From the human T2T-CHM13v2.0 reference genome, Homo sapiens: a stretch of DNA of 64,000 nt. This document shows positions 1 to 12,306 of the stretch, one piece after another. The notes beneath the pieces are model-generated. The model made no database searches. It saw only the letters and a list, made by a program, of their open reading frames with translations, and was not told the origin of the DNA. Both the position numbers and the translations under genes were made by a program. The DNA lies in NCBI RefSeq assembly GCF_009914755.1, contig NC_060932.1. One strand, written 5' to 3'. The stretch's first letter is position 1, and each line of letters opens with the position of its first letter.

Positions 1-950
1 AGGTGGTGGTAGTAGAAGGGGGCCCCGTGGCTTAAGTAAAGTTAAAAGTGAAAGGCAAAGATGTGGGACATAAAAAAGAAATGATAAAGGTCTTAAATGG
101 TAACCCTCTGTACTTTAGATTATTGAAAGCATTTGTGGTTTTATCTGCAGGCTCACTCCCGCCCTACCTCATTTCAAGATCATCATATAGTTGTTCTGAG
201 TCTATTCGGACAGGTTTATTGTTGTGTTTATTCTGTTCGATCGAAATCATAATAAAATTGACAGCTGTGCTATTACCCTGTCAGTCCACCAGTCAATGTG
301 CAGATCACAGTGAATGCAGATGGACAGAGACGGTTCCTCCCACGGAGAGGGTTGTGGTCCACCCTCCTCCATTAGCCACATTCTAGACCAACACTGCTGT
401 GATTATGGGGTCAGTCCAGGAGTGTATATTAACTCTTCTTGCTTTTATTTTTGCACAATCTCCCCCATTCTTTTCTCTACAAAGAACAGAATAGTCTTTT
501 AAAAACATTGTATTCAATTTTCCAGTAAACACGTTATTTAATGTTGTAACAACTCTAAAATGCACCTTACAGTCAGTATCAAATATACACAACTTTTTGG
601 CTTAAATTTCTATTTATTTAGAATAAAAGCCAAACTTTGGGATCAGAAAGCACCCAATGGTTCTCCTCTTAGCCTCATCACGCACTACCCTCCCTTTTGC
701 TGTCCTGGCCTTAGCCACACTGGGTGTCTCCCTTTCCTCCCTAATGACTCTGCACTGAAAATTCCATGTTTAGAAAGGTCTTTCCCCAAATCTTCCAATG
801 ATTTGATTCTTCTAATCATTCCCATCTTAGCTGAAATGCTACCCCTTCAGACAGGCCTTCCCTAACCTCAAGCATTAGGGAAAAAAAACCACACGTGATT
901 GCTACCAAACAAGCGGTGATTTGTTTTGTAGCAATCACAGCACGTGTGTA

Positions 951-1520
951 TTTTTTCTACTAATTGAGGTACAGTTCACATACCATAACATTAACCATGT
1001 TATGGTACAAAATTCAGCAGTATTTAGTAAATTCACAATGTTCTATAATCACCACCTCTATCAAGTGCCAAAATATTTCCACTGCTCCAAAAGAAAATTC
1101 CATTACCAATTAAGCAGTCACTCCCCATTCTCTGCTGTACCAGCCCCTAGCAACCAGAACTCTGCTTTCTGCCTTTATAAATTGATCTGTTCTCAATATT
1201 TCATAAAAATTTAATCACACAATATATAAAGTTTTGCCTCTGCCTGCTTTCACTGAGCATAATGTTTCAAGATTCATTCATGCTGTAGCATTTATCAATA
1301 TTGCATTCTTCTTATGTCCAGATGATATTTAATTATATGGATATAACACATTGTATTTACCCATTCATCTCATGGGCATTTGGTAATGTCTACACTTTTG
1401 GATATTGTTAACAGCGTTGCCATGAATATTCATGTACAAGTATTTGTTTGAGTACCTGCTTTGCGTTCTTCATGAACATATTGGAAGAGTGAAATTGTTG
1501 GACATAGTGCGCTCTTTTAA
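951..1520 (-). mobile_element. Old L1 (L1MB/L1MC-like) 3' end fragment
   Basis: Antisense L1M 3'UTR motifs (aattgaggtacagttcacataccataa, cagcccctagcaacca, cactgagcataatgtttcaagattcattcatg); boundaries approximate. Confidence 0.75.
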
Positions 1521-1651
1521 TTTTTTTTTCTTATTAGAATGTAAGCTTCTAGGCATAGGGGACTTGGCTTTTACTTTCACTATCTGTCACACATAATAGG
1601 CATGGACTCAATTAATATTTGTAGAATGAATTAATTAACTTAAAAATTGTT

Positions 1652-1950
1652 GGTCAGGCATGGTTGCTTATGCCTTTAATCCCAGCACTTTGGGAGGTCA
1701 AGGCAGGAGGACGGCTTGAGCCCAGGAGTTCGAGACCAGCCTAGGCAACATGGCAAAACCACATCTCTACAAAAAATACAAAAACATAGCCGGGCACCGT
1801 GGCACATGCGTTTAGTCCCAGATACTCAGGAGGCTGAGGTGGGAGGATTACTTGAGCCTGGGAGGTCGAGGTTGCAGTGAGCTGTGATTGCATCACTACA
1901 CTCCCATCTGGGTGACAGAATGAGACCTTGTCTCAAAAAGGAAAAAAGAA
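1652..1950 (+). mobile_element. AluJ element
   Basis: Dimeric Alu with A-tail and J-type diagnostics (ggcttgagcccaggagttc, gaccttgtctc). Confidence 0.9.
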
Positions 1951-4299
1951 ATTCTCTAAAATTGTTCATAGAGCAATTTTCTTGATAAGAGTGACAGTTC
2001 TTACTTCCCCTTTAAATTCAGCTATCCCTTCTGATTAAGAAAATCAACTAAGCTGACCAAAGAGCAAGGGACCTCTTTAGGAAGGAACAGGATTAAGTTG
2101 CTCTGGAATCATGGAACTAAACTATTATCTTCAATAGTAAAGATGTTCACTTTGCAGCCTTTAACAGAGGTGCATATTCACAGGATATTTTAATTAAAAT
2201 GACACTTTCCTTAGTCTACATTTAGATTGTACTTTGGTTTTACACTCTTTTTTCTTTTTCTTAAGTAGTTGTTCACAAGTGATTGACAGTGGGAACCCTG
2301 CAGACAGCAAGAGAGAAAAGTGGACCTGATCTTTACTCAACATGGAAAAGTGGCTGTGAAAAACAAAAGGAAGCTATATTGTCGAAAGAAAAGAAAGGAA
2401 ATAGATTGCTTCTGAACTAAATGTGATCTCATTCTATATTCAATAACCTAAACTCTAATCATGATACCAGTGGACAGATCACTGCAATGGGATACAGCTT
2501 TCTTATTAAGGGTCTAGGGCCAGCGCCCAGGCTTCTAAGGGCTGAAAATGGAATTCCCTGAAGAGAGCTGCATTGTCACTCTCAATTATTCGGAGAAAAA
2601 TGCAGATCTGGAAGAAAATGGAGTGCAGTTGCCCTTTAGATATAGCAGTAGGTGAGTGGGGGCCTGATTAATCTTTCCAGACTTTAGGAATATTTGGATT
2701 GACTTCTAGGTGACAGAAGCATACTTAAGAGGATTCCTACCTTGCGGAAATGAGCTGGCTCGTCTGCTTTGGAGCAGGGGCCAGATTGGGAGACTGACTT
2801 TGGCAAAAGTAAAACAGCAGCAATCAGGGCAAAGATGTCCATGAAGGAGCTTGGGCTTGTGGACTTGAGAACAGCTATATTTAGTTCACTCTCTACTTTG
2901 GGTTAACATCCATTTTGGTTATATCCAAGTAAGTACTCAGAGTGTGAGTTTGTGTCCTGTTCTTAAATAAAACTGGAAAAATAAGTCAAGTACCTGTGCC
3001 CATGCTGATGTGTGCAGCAGAGAACAGGCGCAACCTGAGTGGAGTTACAGAGCAAGCTCTGTAAGCAGCGAATTGTCCCAGCTGGATCCAAGATCTGTAA
3101 CTTTATGTCGAACTACTGACCAGGGCAATGAGGAGCAGTCAGGATAGCTGTTTGGAATATACAAGCACTGTGAGGGCTCAGTAACACTTGGAAATATTGA
3201 TAAAAGAACTGCACTGCTGCCTTCAAGCAATTGAAACTCAAACAGAAAAGGAAATACAATCTTATTTTGCAGTCTCTGGTAATTGAAATCTGCAAATTCA
3301 GATAATTCAGGAAGAGACAGGCTAGTGGAACTAACCACATCCTCACATTCAGGAACCAATGGATCTTCTAATATGCCTAAGTGGAATAAATGGGTGTGGA
3401 TTTGAATACCAATACTAAGAATGGTTTCAAATTGTGGCTAAGTCTTTCATTAGCTAGAAGTTGGTGGATAGAATTTCCTCAACCACTAAAAGGAATAATA
3501 ATGCCTACCTGAAGCAGTTGAGAAAACAAAATAATATAATATATGTTGAGTATTGGGCACATTATATCTTCAATCAATTTCTCTACTCTTGTTCTCTGTA
3601 CCTCATTTGTCTGTAAAATCTAACCCCTTCATTTTCCCAGCTGGAGAGGGCACAGAAATGAAGCCAGCATAGATGAAAACGAGGAAAGGCAGCAAAAAGG
3701 GCATAATGTCTTGCAAATAATCATCTTGTTACCCAAATATTTTATTTCCAGTGACTTCTTACCATTTATTAAGTTTTTTGAAAGCAATTATTTTACACTA
3801 AAATCTGCAAGATTCAGTGTTCTTTGTGCCCATATGCATACAAAACTGTGCTAGACCATTGGAATATAATAATCTGTTAAAATAAATCGGCTGTCTTTTC
3901 CTCCTACTTAAATCGTACGAAACAAATTAAAACTTTCTAGTGTGTTTTTTTAATGTTTTCCTATGTGCTTGAAAAAATAAGGTACCCGGTTTTCTTATTA
4001 CATTAGTGTTTAAATAGCAAATATGTATAGAGCTTTTTGTAATTAAATTAAAACAAACCAAAGTCTCCTATGTGAGAATAACTAGTCATACAAGTAATTG
4101 ATGGACCAGAAAGCAATCTGACTATGCAACTATCAAAACCTAACTGATAGCCTTAAGCCATTTGCATTATTATATACATCTGCAAGGTTGACTGCATTCA
4201 GATACCAACTTAGACATCTTGAACAAATATCCACCCTTCTCCATTCTTTGGTATTTTAGCATTGAATTACAAAAGAAAATCCCTTTTATGATAAAGCTG

Positions 4300-6585
4300 C
4301 AATATGGTTTGGCTGTGTCCCCACCCAAATCTCATCTTGAATTGTAGTTCCCATAATCCCCAGATGTCTTGGGAGGGACTTGGTGGAAGGTAATTGAATC
4401 ATGGAGGCAGTTACACCCATGCTGCTTTTCTCGTGATAGTGAGTGAGTTCTCACGAGATTTGATGGTTTTATTAGGGGCTTTTCCCCCTTTGCTTGGCAC
4501 TTCTCTTTCCTTCTGCCATGTAAAGAAGGGCATGATTGCTTCCCCTCCCACCATGATTGTAAGTTTCCCAAGGCCTTCCCAGCCATGTGGAATTATGAAT
4601 CAATTAAACCTCTTTTCTTTAGAAGTTATCCAGTCTCAGGTATGTCCTTATAGCAGCATGAGAATGTACTAATACAGTAAATTGGTACCAAGGGAGTGGG
4701 GCACTGCTGTAAGGTTACTCAAACATGTGGAAGTGACTTTGGAACTGGGTAACAAGCAGAAATTGGAACAGTTTGGAGGGCTCAGAAGAAAACAAGAAAA
4801 TGTGGAAAAGTTTGGAACTTCCTAGGGACTTATTGAATGACTTTGACCAAAGTGCTGATATTGATATGGATAATAAAGTCTAGGCTAAAGTGGTCTCAGA
4901 TGGAGATGAGGAACTTCTTGGGAACTGGAGCAAAGGTCACTCTTGCTATTCAGAGACTAGTGGCATTTTGCTCCTGCCCTGAGATCTGTGGAACTTTGAA
5001 CTTGACAGAGATGATTTAGGATAACTGGTAGAATAAATTCTCAGTGGCAAAGTGTTCAAGAGGAAACAGAGCATAAAAGTTTGAAAAGTTTGTAGCCTGG
5101 CAATGTGATAGAAAAGAAAAACCCATTTTCTGGGGAGAAATTGAAGCCTACTGCAGAAATTTGCATAAGTAACAAAGAGCCTAATGTTAATCACCAAGAC
5201 AATGGGGAAAATGTCTCCAGGGCATGTCAGAGACCTTCTGAGCAGTCCCTCGCACCACAGGCCCAGAGGGCTAGGAGGGAAAAATGGTTTCCTGGGCAGG
5301 CCCAAGGGCCCCCTTCTGTATGTACCCTAGGGACTTGGTGCCCTGCATCCCAGCCACTCCAGCCATGGTTAAAAGGGGCCAAGGTACAGCTCAGTCTGTG
5401 GCTTCAGAGGGTTCAAGCCCCAAGCCTTGGCAGCTTCCATGTGGTGTTCAGCCTGTGGTTGCAGAGAAGTCAAGAATTGAGGTTTCAGAATCTCTGCCTA
5501 CATTTCAGAGGATATGGAAATGCCTGGGTGTTCAGGCAGAAGTTTGTGGCAGGGACAAAGCCTTCATGGAGAGCCTCTGCTAAGGCAGTGTGGCAGGGAA
5601 ATGTGGGGTCAGAGCCCACACACAGAGTTCCCACTGGGGCACTACCTAGTGGACCTGTAAATGGAGGGCCACTATCCTTCAGACCCCAGAATGGGAGATC
5701 CACTGACAACTTGCACTGTGCACCTAAAGAAGCCATAGGCACTTAATGCCAGCCCACGAAAGCAGCTAGGAGGGGGGCTGTACCCTGCAAAGCCACAGAG
5801 ACAGAGCTTCCCAATGCCTTGGGAGCCCACCTCTTACATCAGCATTACCTGGATGTGAGACATGGAGTCAAAGGAGAACATTTTGGACCTTTAAAATTTA
5901 ATGACTGCCCTGTTAAATTTCAGACTTGCATGGGCCCTGTAATCCCTTTGTTTTGGCCAATTTCTCCCATTTGGAATGGGTGAATTTACCCAATGCCTGT
6001 ACCCCCGTGGTATCTAGGAAGTAACTAACTTTCTTTTGATTTTACAGGCTCATAGGTGAAAGAGACTTGCCTTGTCTCAGATGAGGCCTTGGACTGGACT
6101 TTTGGATTAAAGCTGGAATGAGTTAAGACTTTGGGGGACTGTTGGAAAGCCATTATTGTGTTTTGAAAGGTGAGTACACGAGATTTGGGAGGGGAAAAGC
6201 GTGGAATGATCTGGTTTGGCTGCATCCCCACCCAAATCTCATCTTGAATCGTAGTTCCCATGATCCCTACTTGTCCAGCAAGGGATCTGGTAGGAAGTAA
6301 TTGAATTATGGGGGTGCTTACCCCCACGCTCCTGTTTTCATGATCGTGTGTGACTTCTCACAAGATCTCCTGGTTTTATAAGGGGCTTTTCCTCCTTTCC
6401 TTGGCACTTCTCTCTCCTGCTACCATGTGAAGAAAGAAGTGTTTGTTTCCATTTCTGCCACAACTGTAAACCCCTTCATGAGGCCTTCCCAGCCATGCAG
6501 AACTATGAGTCAATTAAATTTTTTTCATTATAAGTTACCCAGTCTCACTTATGTCCTCACAGTAATGTAAGAAGGGACTGATACA
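4300..6585 (+). mobile_element. Complete THE1D/C (ERVL-MaLR) provirus: 5'LTR 4300-4676, internal 4677-6206, 3'LTR 6207-6585
   Basis: Two homologous LTRs ending in ATACA; internal region begins gtaaattggtacc; perfect 5-bp TSD AGCTG (4295-4299 / 6586-6590); degraded THE1-int ORF pieces (5105-5746). Confidence 0.93.
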
Positions 6586-6679
6586 AGCTGTTAAATAAGA
6601 AATAAGGAAATAATAATGAAACGAGAAGCCTTAGTAAATCACTTCTATGACAAAACATGGCATAAAAACTTTTCCCCTT

Positions 6680-8520
6680 CTTTGAATTGAGATAAGATTA
6701 ACTTGGAGAAAATTTGCATCTTTAGGATATTGAGTCTTCTTTATTATTTGCATTAATGGATGTGAGTTATTTTTGCATTTATTTAGATCAGTGTTTCTCA
6801 ATAGAGTCAAGATATTGCAGTTTGAGTGGGGTGATAACTTTTTGTTAGGGATCCTCCTGAAAATTGTAGGAGTTGTGTCATCTCTTTTCCTGGCATTAAA
6901 TTAGTGGCAGTTAATATGACAACTTAATTACCTTCTCTATCCCAGTACTTAATGCCCTTCAAATAACTTTGGAACATTTTTTCATAGATGTTTTTAGTAT
7001 ATTTTGGTAGGTTGATTTCTGTGTGCATTATAATTCTTGTTGCTATCACAAGTAGAAGTTTGCTGTCCTTTCTTTTGTTCTTTTTTTTCCCTTTTAAATT
7101 TTCAATTTTTATGTTTTCTATTTGGGTTTTACTGGCCTATTGAATATTTGATATATAAATTTTATATCTAGAAATCTTATTGAATGTTGTTTTTAATTGT
7201 AATTGTTTCTAGATTATTTTGTTTTCTCCAGAGGCAATTAATGTCATCCTTAAGTAAAAGAGTTTTTAATCTATTTCTTTTCCATTTTTTGTTAAGTTTA
7301 CTTTTCTTATTTCATTGGCTTGGGCTTCTCAATGGTATTGACTAGAAATGGTAATAGGGAGCCTTGGTATTTTGGACTGCAAATAAAATTCTTCTAACTT
7401 TTCAACACTTATTACTTAAACCATAGATGAGAATTTTATTTTCTCAAATTATTTTTATACATCCGTTAAAATGAATATATAATTTAAAATGTGATATAGT
7501 GAATTATGTCAGTGCATTTTTATAATGTTAAACTATTATTGCATTGCTGGAATATACCTTATTTGGTCATAGTGTGTATATGTTATGTGTCTGTATACCT
7601 AAGGCATAACTGGATTTGTTTTTCTGATCATTTATCAATTTCTGTGGCCACCATTTCTTACGTACAACTCCCCTTCTATGTTAAATTCTGGAAATGTTTT
7701 AGCCATGATCTCTTCAATTCTTGTTTCTCTTCTATTCTCTGCTGACAGTATTTGATGCCCATTTCAGCCTCTGAAACTATCTTTCCATATCATTTAAGTG
7801 GTATTTTAAATTTCTCTCTGTTTGCCTCTCTGCTAGGTTTTGAATGACTTCATCAGTGACATCTATCAATTCACCACTTTTCTCTCCAACTGTGTTTTGG
7901 AAGTCTACTGCTTTCCTCTCTATCGTGTATTTTATTTCACTGGCTTTTTCCCCTTGAATTATGTTTTCCTATCCTTGCTTTTGTATTTAATTTTTGCCTG
8001 ATTTTGTGTCCTTTTTAAAAATGGAAGTTATAACCTATATTTTTGAACACCTCAAACATATTTTATCTGACTAAAATATATTTGTAATCAAATTACTGAC
8101 TATGTCAGCCTGCTTTAACATTGGATTTTGTGTGTTTTGTAATATTATTCTGCAAACTAGTTTTGAATGGGAATTTGGGGTTTTGTGGGGGGTTTTGTTT
8201 AGCTTTTTTTTTTCCTCTCTCTTTCTTCATCATCTCTCTATGTTCATCCCCCCCCCCCTATATTTTGGTTTTGTAATCATTTCTATCCATTGTTTAAGTC
8301 AGCTGACCCAATATGAATCTGTGTATTGGTGTGTGGATGGATTTCTGGAGATAATGCTCCAAATATCTTAGCCCTGGTGCCAGAGCCCGTTGATTTTCTG
8401 GCTCAACAACTGATCCCAAGGCTGTATTATTTTCCTCATACCTCCCTAGGTAATTGGCCCTCAGGAGCTATAGACTTGGGTAATTTGTGTGGAAGTTTTT
8501 TTTTTCTCTCAGCATTTTTG
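6680..8520 (-). mobile_element. Highly diverged ancient L1M fragments, possibly with a MER20/MER5-like piece near 6788-6930
   Basis: T-rich antisense L1 ORF motifs (catctttaggatattgagtcttc, ttttatatctagaaatcttattgaat, ttctggaaatgttttagccat). Confidence 0.55.
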
Positions 8521-8937
8521 AATGAATAGTGAGTAACTCTTGACCACCACAATCTTAATTAGTAGTATAGGCAATAATTATCTATACATTCATCATTGCA
8601 ATTATTTACCAGAAAGAGAAAGAACAACAACAAAAAGACCCCAAACCAAATGGTGTTACCAATTGTTCAAATAGCTTGTTTTACTTATTGACTATAATAT
8701 CCATCTGAGCTAATATTATTCCTATTTCCTAAGAATAATAGATTGGAAGGAGAAGAAGGAAAAAGTTAAATATCTTTTCCAAGTGGTCATGACCAAGAAG
8801 GGAAAAAGAGTTTGGAACTGGATTTTCTGATTCTTAGGAGGAAATTGAAATAAATAGTTGTAGTGTAAGCTGTTTGTTTGTACTATTGTTTCTTCAGGTT
8901 ACGTGTCCTTTTTCAGCTGCAGATATGGGAGGCTGTA

Positions 8938-11220
8938 TGATATAGTTTGGCTGTTTCCCCATTCAAATCTCAACCTGAACTGTATCTCCCAGAATTCTCA
9001 TGTGTTATGGGAGGGATCCAGGAGGAGTTAATTAAATTATGGGGGCTAGTCTTTCTCATACTGCTCTCGTGATAGTGAATAAGTCTCACAAGATCTGATG
9101 GGGTTATTAGAGGTTTCTGCTTTTGCTTCCTCCTCATTTTTTCTTGCCACCACCATGTAAGAAGTGCCTTTTGCCTCCCGCCATGATTCTGAGACCTCTC
9201 CAGCCATGTGGAACTGTAAGTCCAATTAAATCTCTTTTCTTCCCAGTCTCGGTTATGCCTTTATCAGCAGCATGAAAATGGACTAATACAGTAGATTGGT
9301 ACCAGTAGAGTGGGGTATTGCTGAAAAGATACCTGAAAATGTGGAAGCGACTTTGGAACTCAGTAACAGGCAGAGTTGGAACAGTTTGGAGGGATCAGAA
9401 GAAAACAGGAAAATGTGGGAAAGGTTGGAACCTCCTAGAGATTTGTTGAGTGGCTTTGACAAAAATGCTGATAGTGATAGGAACAATAAGCTCCAGGCTG
9501 AGGTGGTCTCAGATGGTGATGAGGAACTTGTTGGAAACTAGAGCAAAGGTGACTCTTGTTATGTTTTAGCAAAGAGACTGATGGAATTTTGCCCCTGCCC
9601 TAGAGATTTGTGGAAATTTGAACTTGAGAGAGATGATTTAGGGTATCTGGTGGAAGAAATTTCTTAGCAGGAAAGCATTCAAAATGTGACTTGGGTGCTG
9701 TTAAAAAGCGTTTTATTTTAAAAGGGAAACAAAGTGTAAAGGTTCAGAAAATTTGCAGCTTGACAATGCAGTAGAAAAGAAAAACCCATTTTCTGCAAAG
9801 AAATTCAAGCTGGCTGAAGAATTTTGCTTAAGCAGCAAGGAGCCTAATGTTAATCCCCAAGACCCTGGGGAAAATGTATCCAGGCCATGTCAGAGACCTT
9901 TATGGCAGCCCCCTCCCATCATAGGCCCAGAGGCCCAGGAGGAAAAAGTGGTTTTGTGGGCTGGGCCCAGGGTCCCTGTGTTGTGTTCAGCCAGGGACTT
10001 GGTGCCATGTGTCCCAGCCACTCCAGACTTGGCTGAAAGGGGCCAACATATACTTTGGGCTGTGGCTTCAGAGGGTAGAATCCCCAAGCTTTGGCAGCTT
10101 CCATCAGGCGTTGAGCCTGTAGATGTGCAGAAGTCAAGAATTAAGATTTGGGAACCTCTGCTTAGATTTCGGAAGATGTATGGAAATGCCTGGAAGCCCA
10201 GGCAAAAGTTTGCTGCAGGGGCTGGGTCCTCATTGAGAACATCTGCTAGGGCAGTGCTGAAGGGGAATGTGGGATTGGAGCCCCCACACAGAGTCCCTAC
10301 TGGGGCACTGCCTAGTGGAGCTGTGACAAGAGGGCCATCATCCTCCAGACCCCAGAGTAGTAGATCCACCAACAGTTTGCACCGTGAGCCTGGAAAAGCC
10401 ACAGACACTCAATGCCAGCCCATGAAAGCAGCCAGGAGGGAGGTTGAACCCTGCAACGCCACAGGGGTAGAGCTGCCCAAGACCATGGGAACCCACCTTT
10501 TGCATTAGCATGACCTGGATATGAGATCTGGAGTCAAAGGAGATCATTTTGGAGCTTTAAAATTTGACTGCCCTGCTGGATTTCAGACTTGTATGGGCCC
10601 TGTAACCCCTTCATTTTGGCTAATTTCTCCCATTGGGAATAGCTGTATTTACCCAATACCTGTACCCCCATTGTATCTAGGAAGTAATTAGCTCGCTTTT
10701 GATTTTACCGGCTCATAGGTGGAAGGGACTTGCCTTGTCTCAGATAAGACTTTGGACTGTGGACTTTTGGGTTAATGCTGAAATGAGTTAAGACTTTGGG
10801 GGACTGTTGGGAAGGCATGATTGGTTTTGAAATGTGAGGACATGAGATTTGGAGGAGCCAAGGGCAGAATGATTAGGTTTGGCTGTGTCCCCATTCAAAT
10901 CTCAACTTGAATTATATCTCCCAGTAACCCCATGCGTTGTGGGAGGAACCCAAGGGGAGGTAATTAAATAATGGAGGCCAATCTTTCCCTGTGCTATTCT
11001 TGTGATAGTGAATAAGTCTCACAAGATCTAATGGGTTTGTCAGGGGTTTCAGCTTTTGCTTCCTCATTTTCTCTTGTCACCGCCATGTAAGAAGTGCCTT
11101 CAACCTCCACCATGATTCTGAGGCCTCCCCAACCATGTAGAACTGTAAGTCCAATTAAACCTCTTTTTCTTCCCAGTCACAAGTGTGTCTTTACCAGCAG
11201 TGTGAAAACTGATGAATATA
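8938..11220 (+). mobile_element. Complete THE1A provirus: 5'LTR 8938-9290, internal 9291-10869, 3'LTR 10870-11220
   Basis: THE1A diagnostics (tctcaacttgaatt, ttttgcttcctcctcattt); paired LTRs; THE1-int ORF remnants at 9296-9541 and 9753-10508. Confidence 0.92.
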
Positions 11221-11595
11221 TTAGTAGTCCATTTTCGTGCTGCTGATAAAGACATACCCGAGCCTGGGCAATTTACAAAAGAAAGAGGTTTAATGGGACT
11301 TACAGTTCCATGCGGCTGGCAAAGCCTCACAATCACAGCAGAAGGCAAGGAGGAGCAAGTCCTGTCTTACATGGATGACAGCAGACAAAAAGAAAATGAG
11401 GAAGATGCAAAAGCAGAAACCTCTGATAAAACCATCAGATCTTGTGAGACTTATCCACTATCACGAAAACTATATGGGAGAAACTACCCCCATGATTCAG
11501 TTATCTCCCACCAAGTCCCTCCCACAACACATGGGAATTATGGGAGTACAGTGCAAGATGAGATTTGGGTGGGGACACAGAGCCAAACCATATAA
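11221..11595 (-). mobile_element. Antisense THE1A/B solo LTR; its terminal TGTA appears to lie at 8934-8937
   Basis: Reverse complement of a THE1 LTR ending ccaaaccatataa; putative TSD GAGGC (8929-8933) / GAGGT (11596-11600). Confidence 0.88.
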
Positions 11596-11629
11596 GAGGT
11601 CTAAGTAATTTAGGATCATTTGGGCTGTA

Positions 11630-11969
11630 CAGCTGGCCTTCCCTGTCGGTGGGTTCCTTGTTGTGAATTCAACCAGCCACAGATCAAAAATATTTGAAAA
11701 AAAAATGGATGGTTACATCTGTACTGAACATGTACAGATTTTTTTATTGTCATTATTCCTTAAACAATACAATATAGGTACTATTTAAATAGCATTTACA
11801 TTATATCAGGTATTAAAAGCAATCTAGAGATGCATTAAAGTGTAGCAGAAGATGTGCTTGGATCATATGCAAATATTATTCCGTCTTATATCCATGACTT
11901 GAGCATCCATGGATCTTGGTATCTATGGGGGTCCTGGGTCCAATCCCCATGGATACTGAGGAATGACTA
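11630..11969. mobile_element. MER2 (TcMar-Tigger non-autonomous DNA transposon)
   Basis: Terminal inverted repeats (cagctggccttccctgtcggtggg ... cccatggatactgaggaatgacta), preceded by TA, ~340 bp. Confidence 0.85.
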
Positions 11970-12000
11970 CAATTAGTTTGTTTAGGGAAAGTTCTTAGAT

Positions 12001-12306
12001 GCTGGGCATGGTGGCTCATGACTGTAATTCTAGCACTTTGGAAGGCCAAGGCTAGCAGATCACTTGAGGCCAGGAGTTCGAGACCAGCCTGGCCAACATG
12101 GCAAAACCCCATCTCTACCAAAAATACAAAAATTATCTGGGCGTGGTGGTGCACTCTTATAATCCCAGCTACTTGGGAGGCTGAGGAGGGAGGATCGCTT
12201 GAACCCAGGAGGCGAAGGTTTCAGTGAGCTGAGATTGCACCATTGTACTCCAGCCTGGGCAACAAAGCAAGACTCCATCTCAAAAAATAAAAATATAAAA
12301 ATAAAA
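12001..12306 (+). mobile_element. Alu (AluSz/Jb-like)
   Basis: Full dimer with patterned A-tail. Confidence 0.92.

Noticed and set aside
48-865. Short ORFs at the window start (112 aa, 101 aa)
   Set aside because: They have no recognisable domain or exon structure, and part of the region looks like decayed L2.
5105-10508. 213-aa and 251-aa ORFs as host genes
   Set aside because: They are homologous fragments of the THE1 internal ORF, frameshifted relative to each other and surrounded by stops.
9190-11140. PRDM9 hotspot 13-mer (CCTCCCTNNCCAC) in THE1A LTRs
   Set aside because: The LTRs read CCTCTCCAGCCAT and CCTCCCCAACCAT, so the activating T and terminal C are absent.
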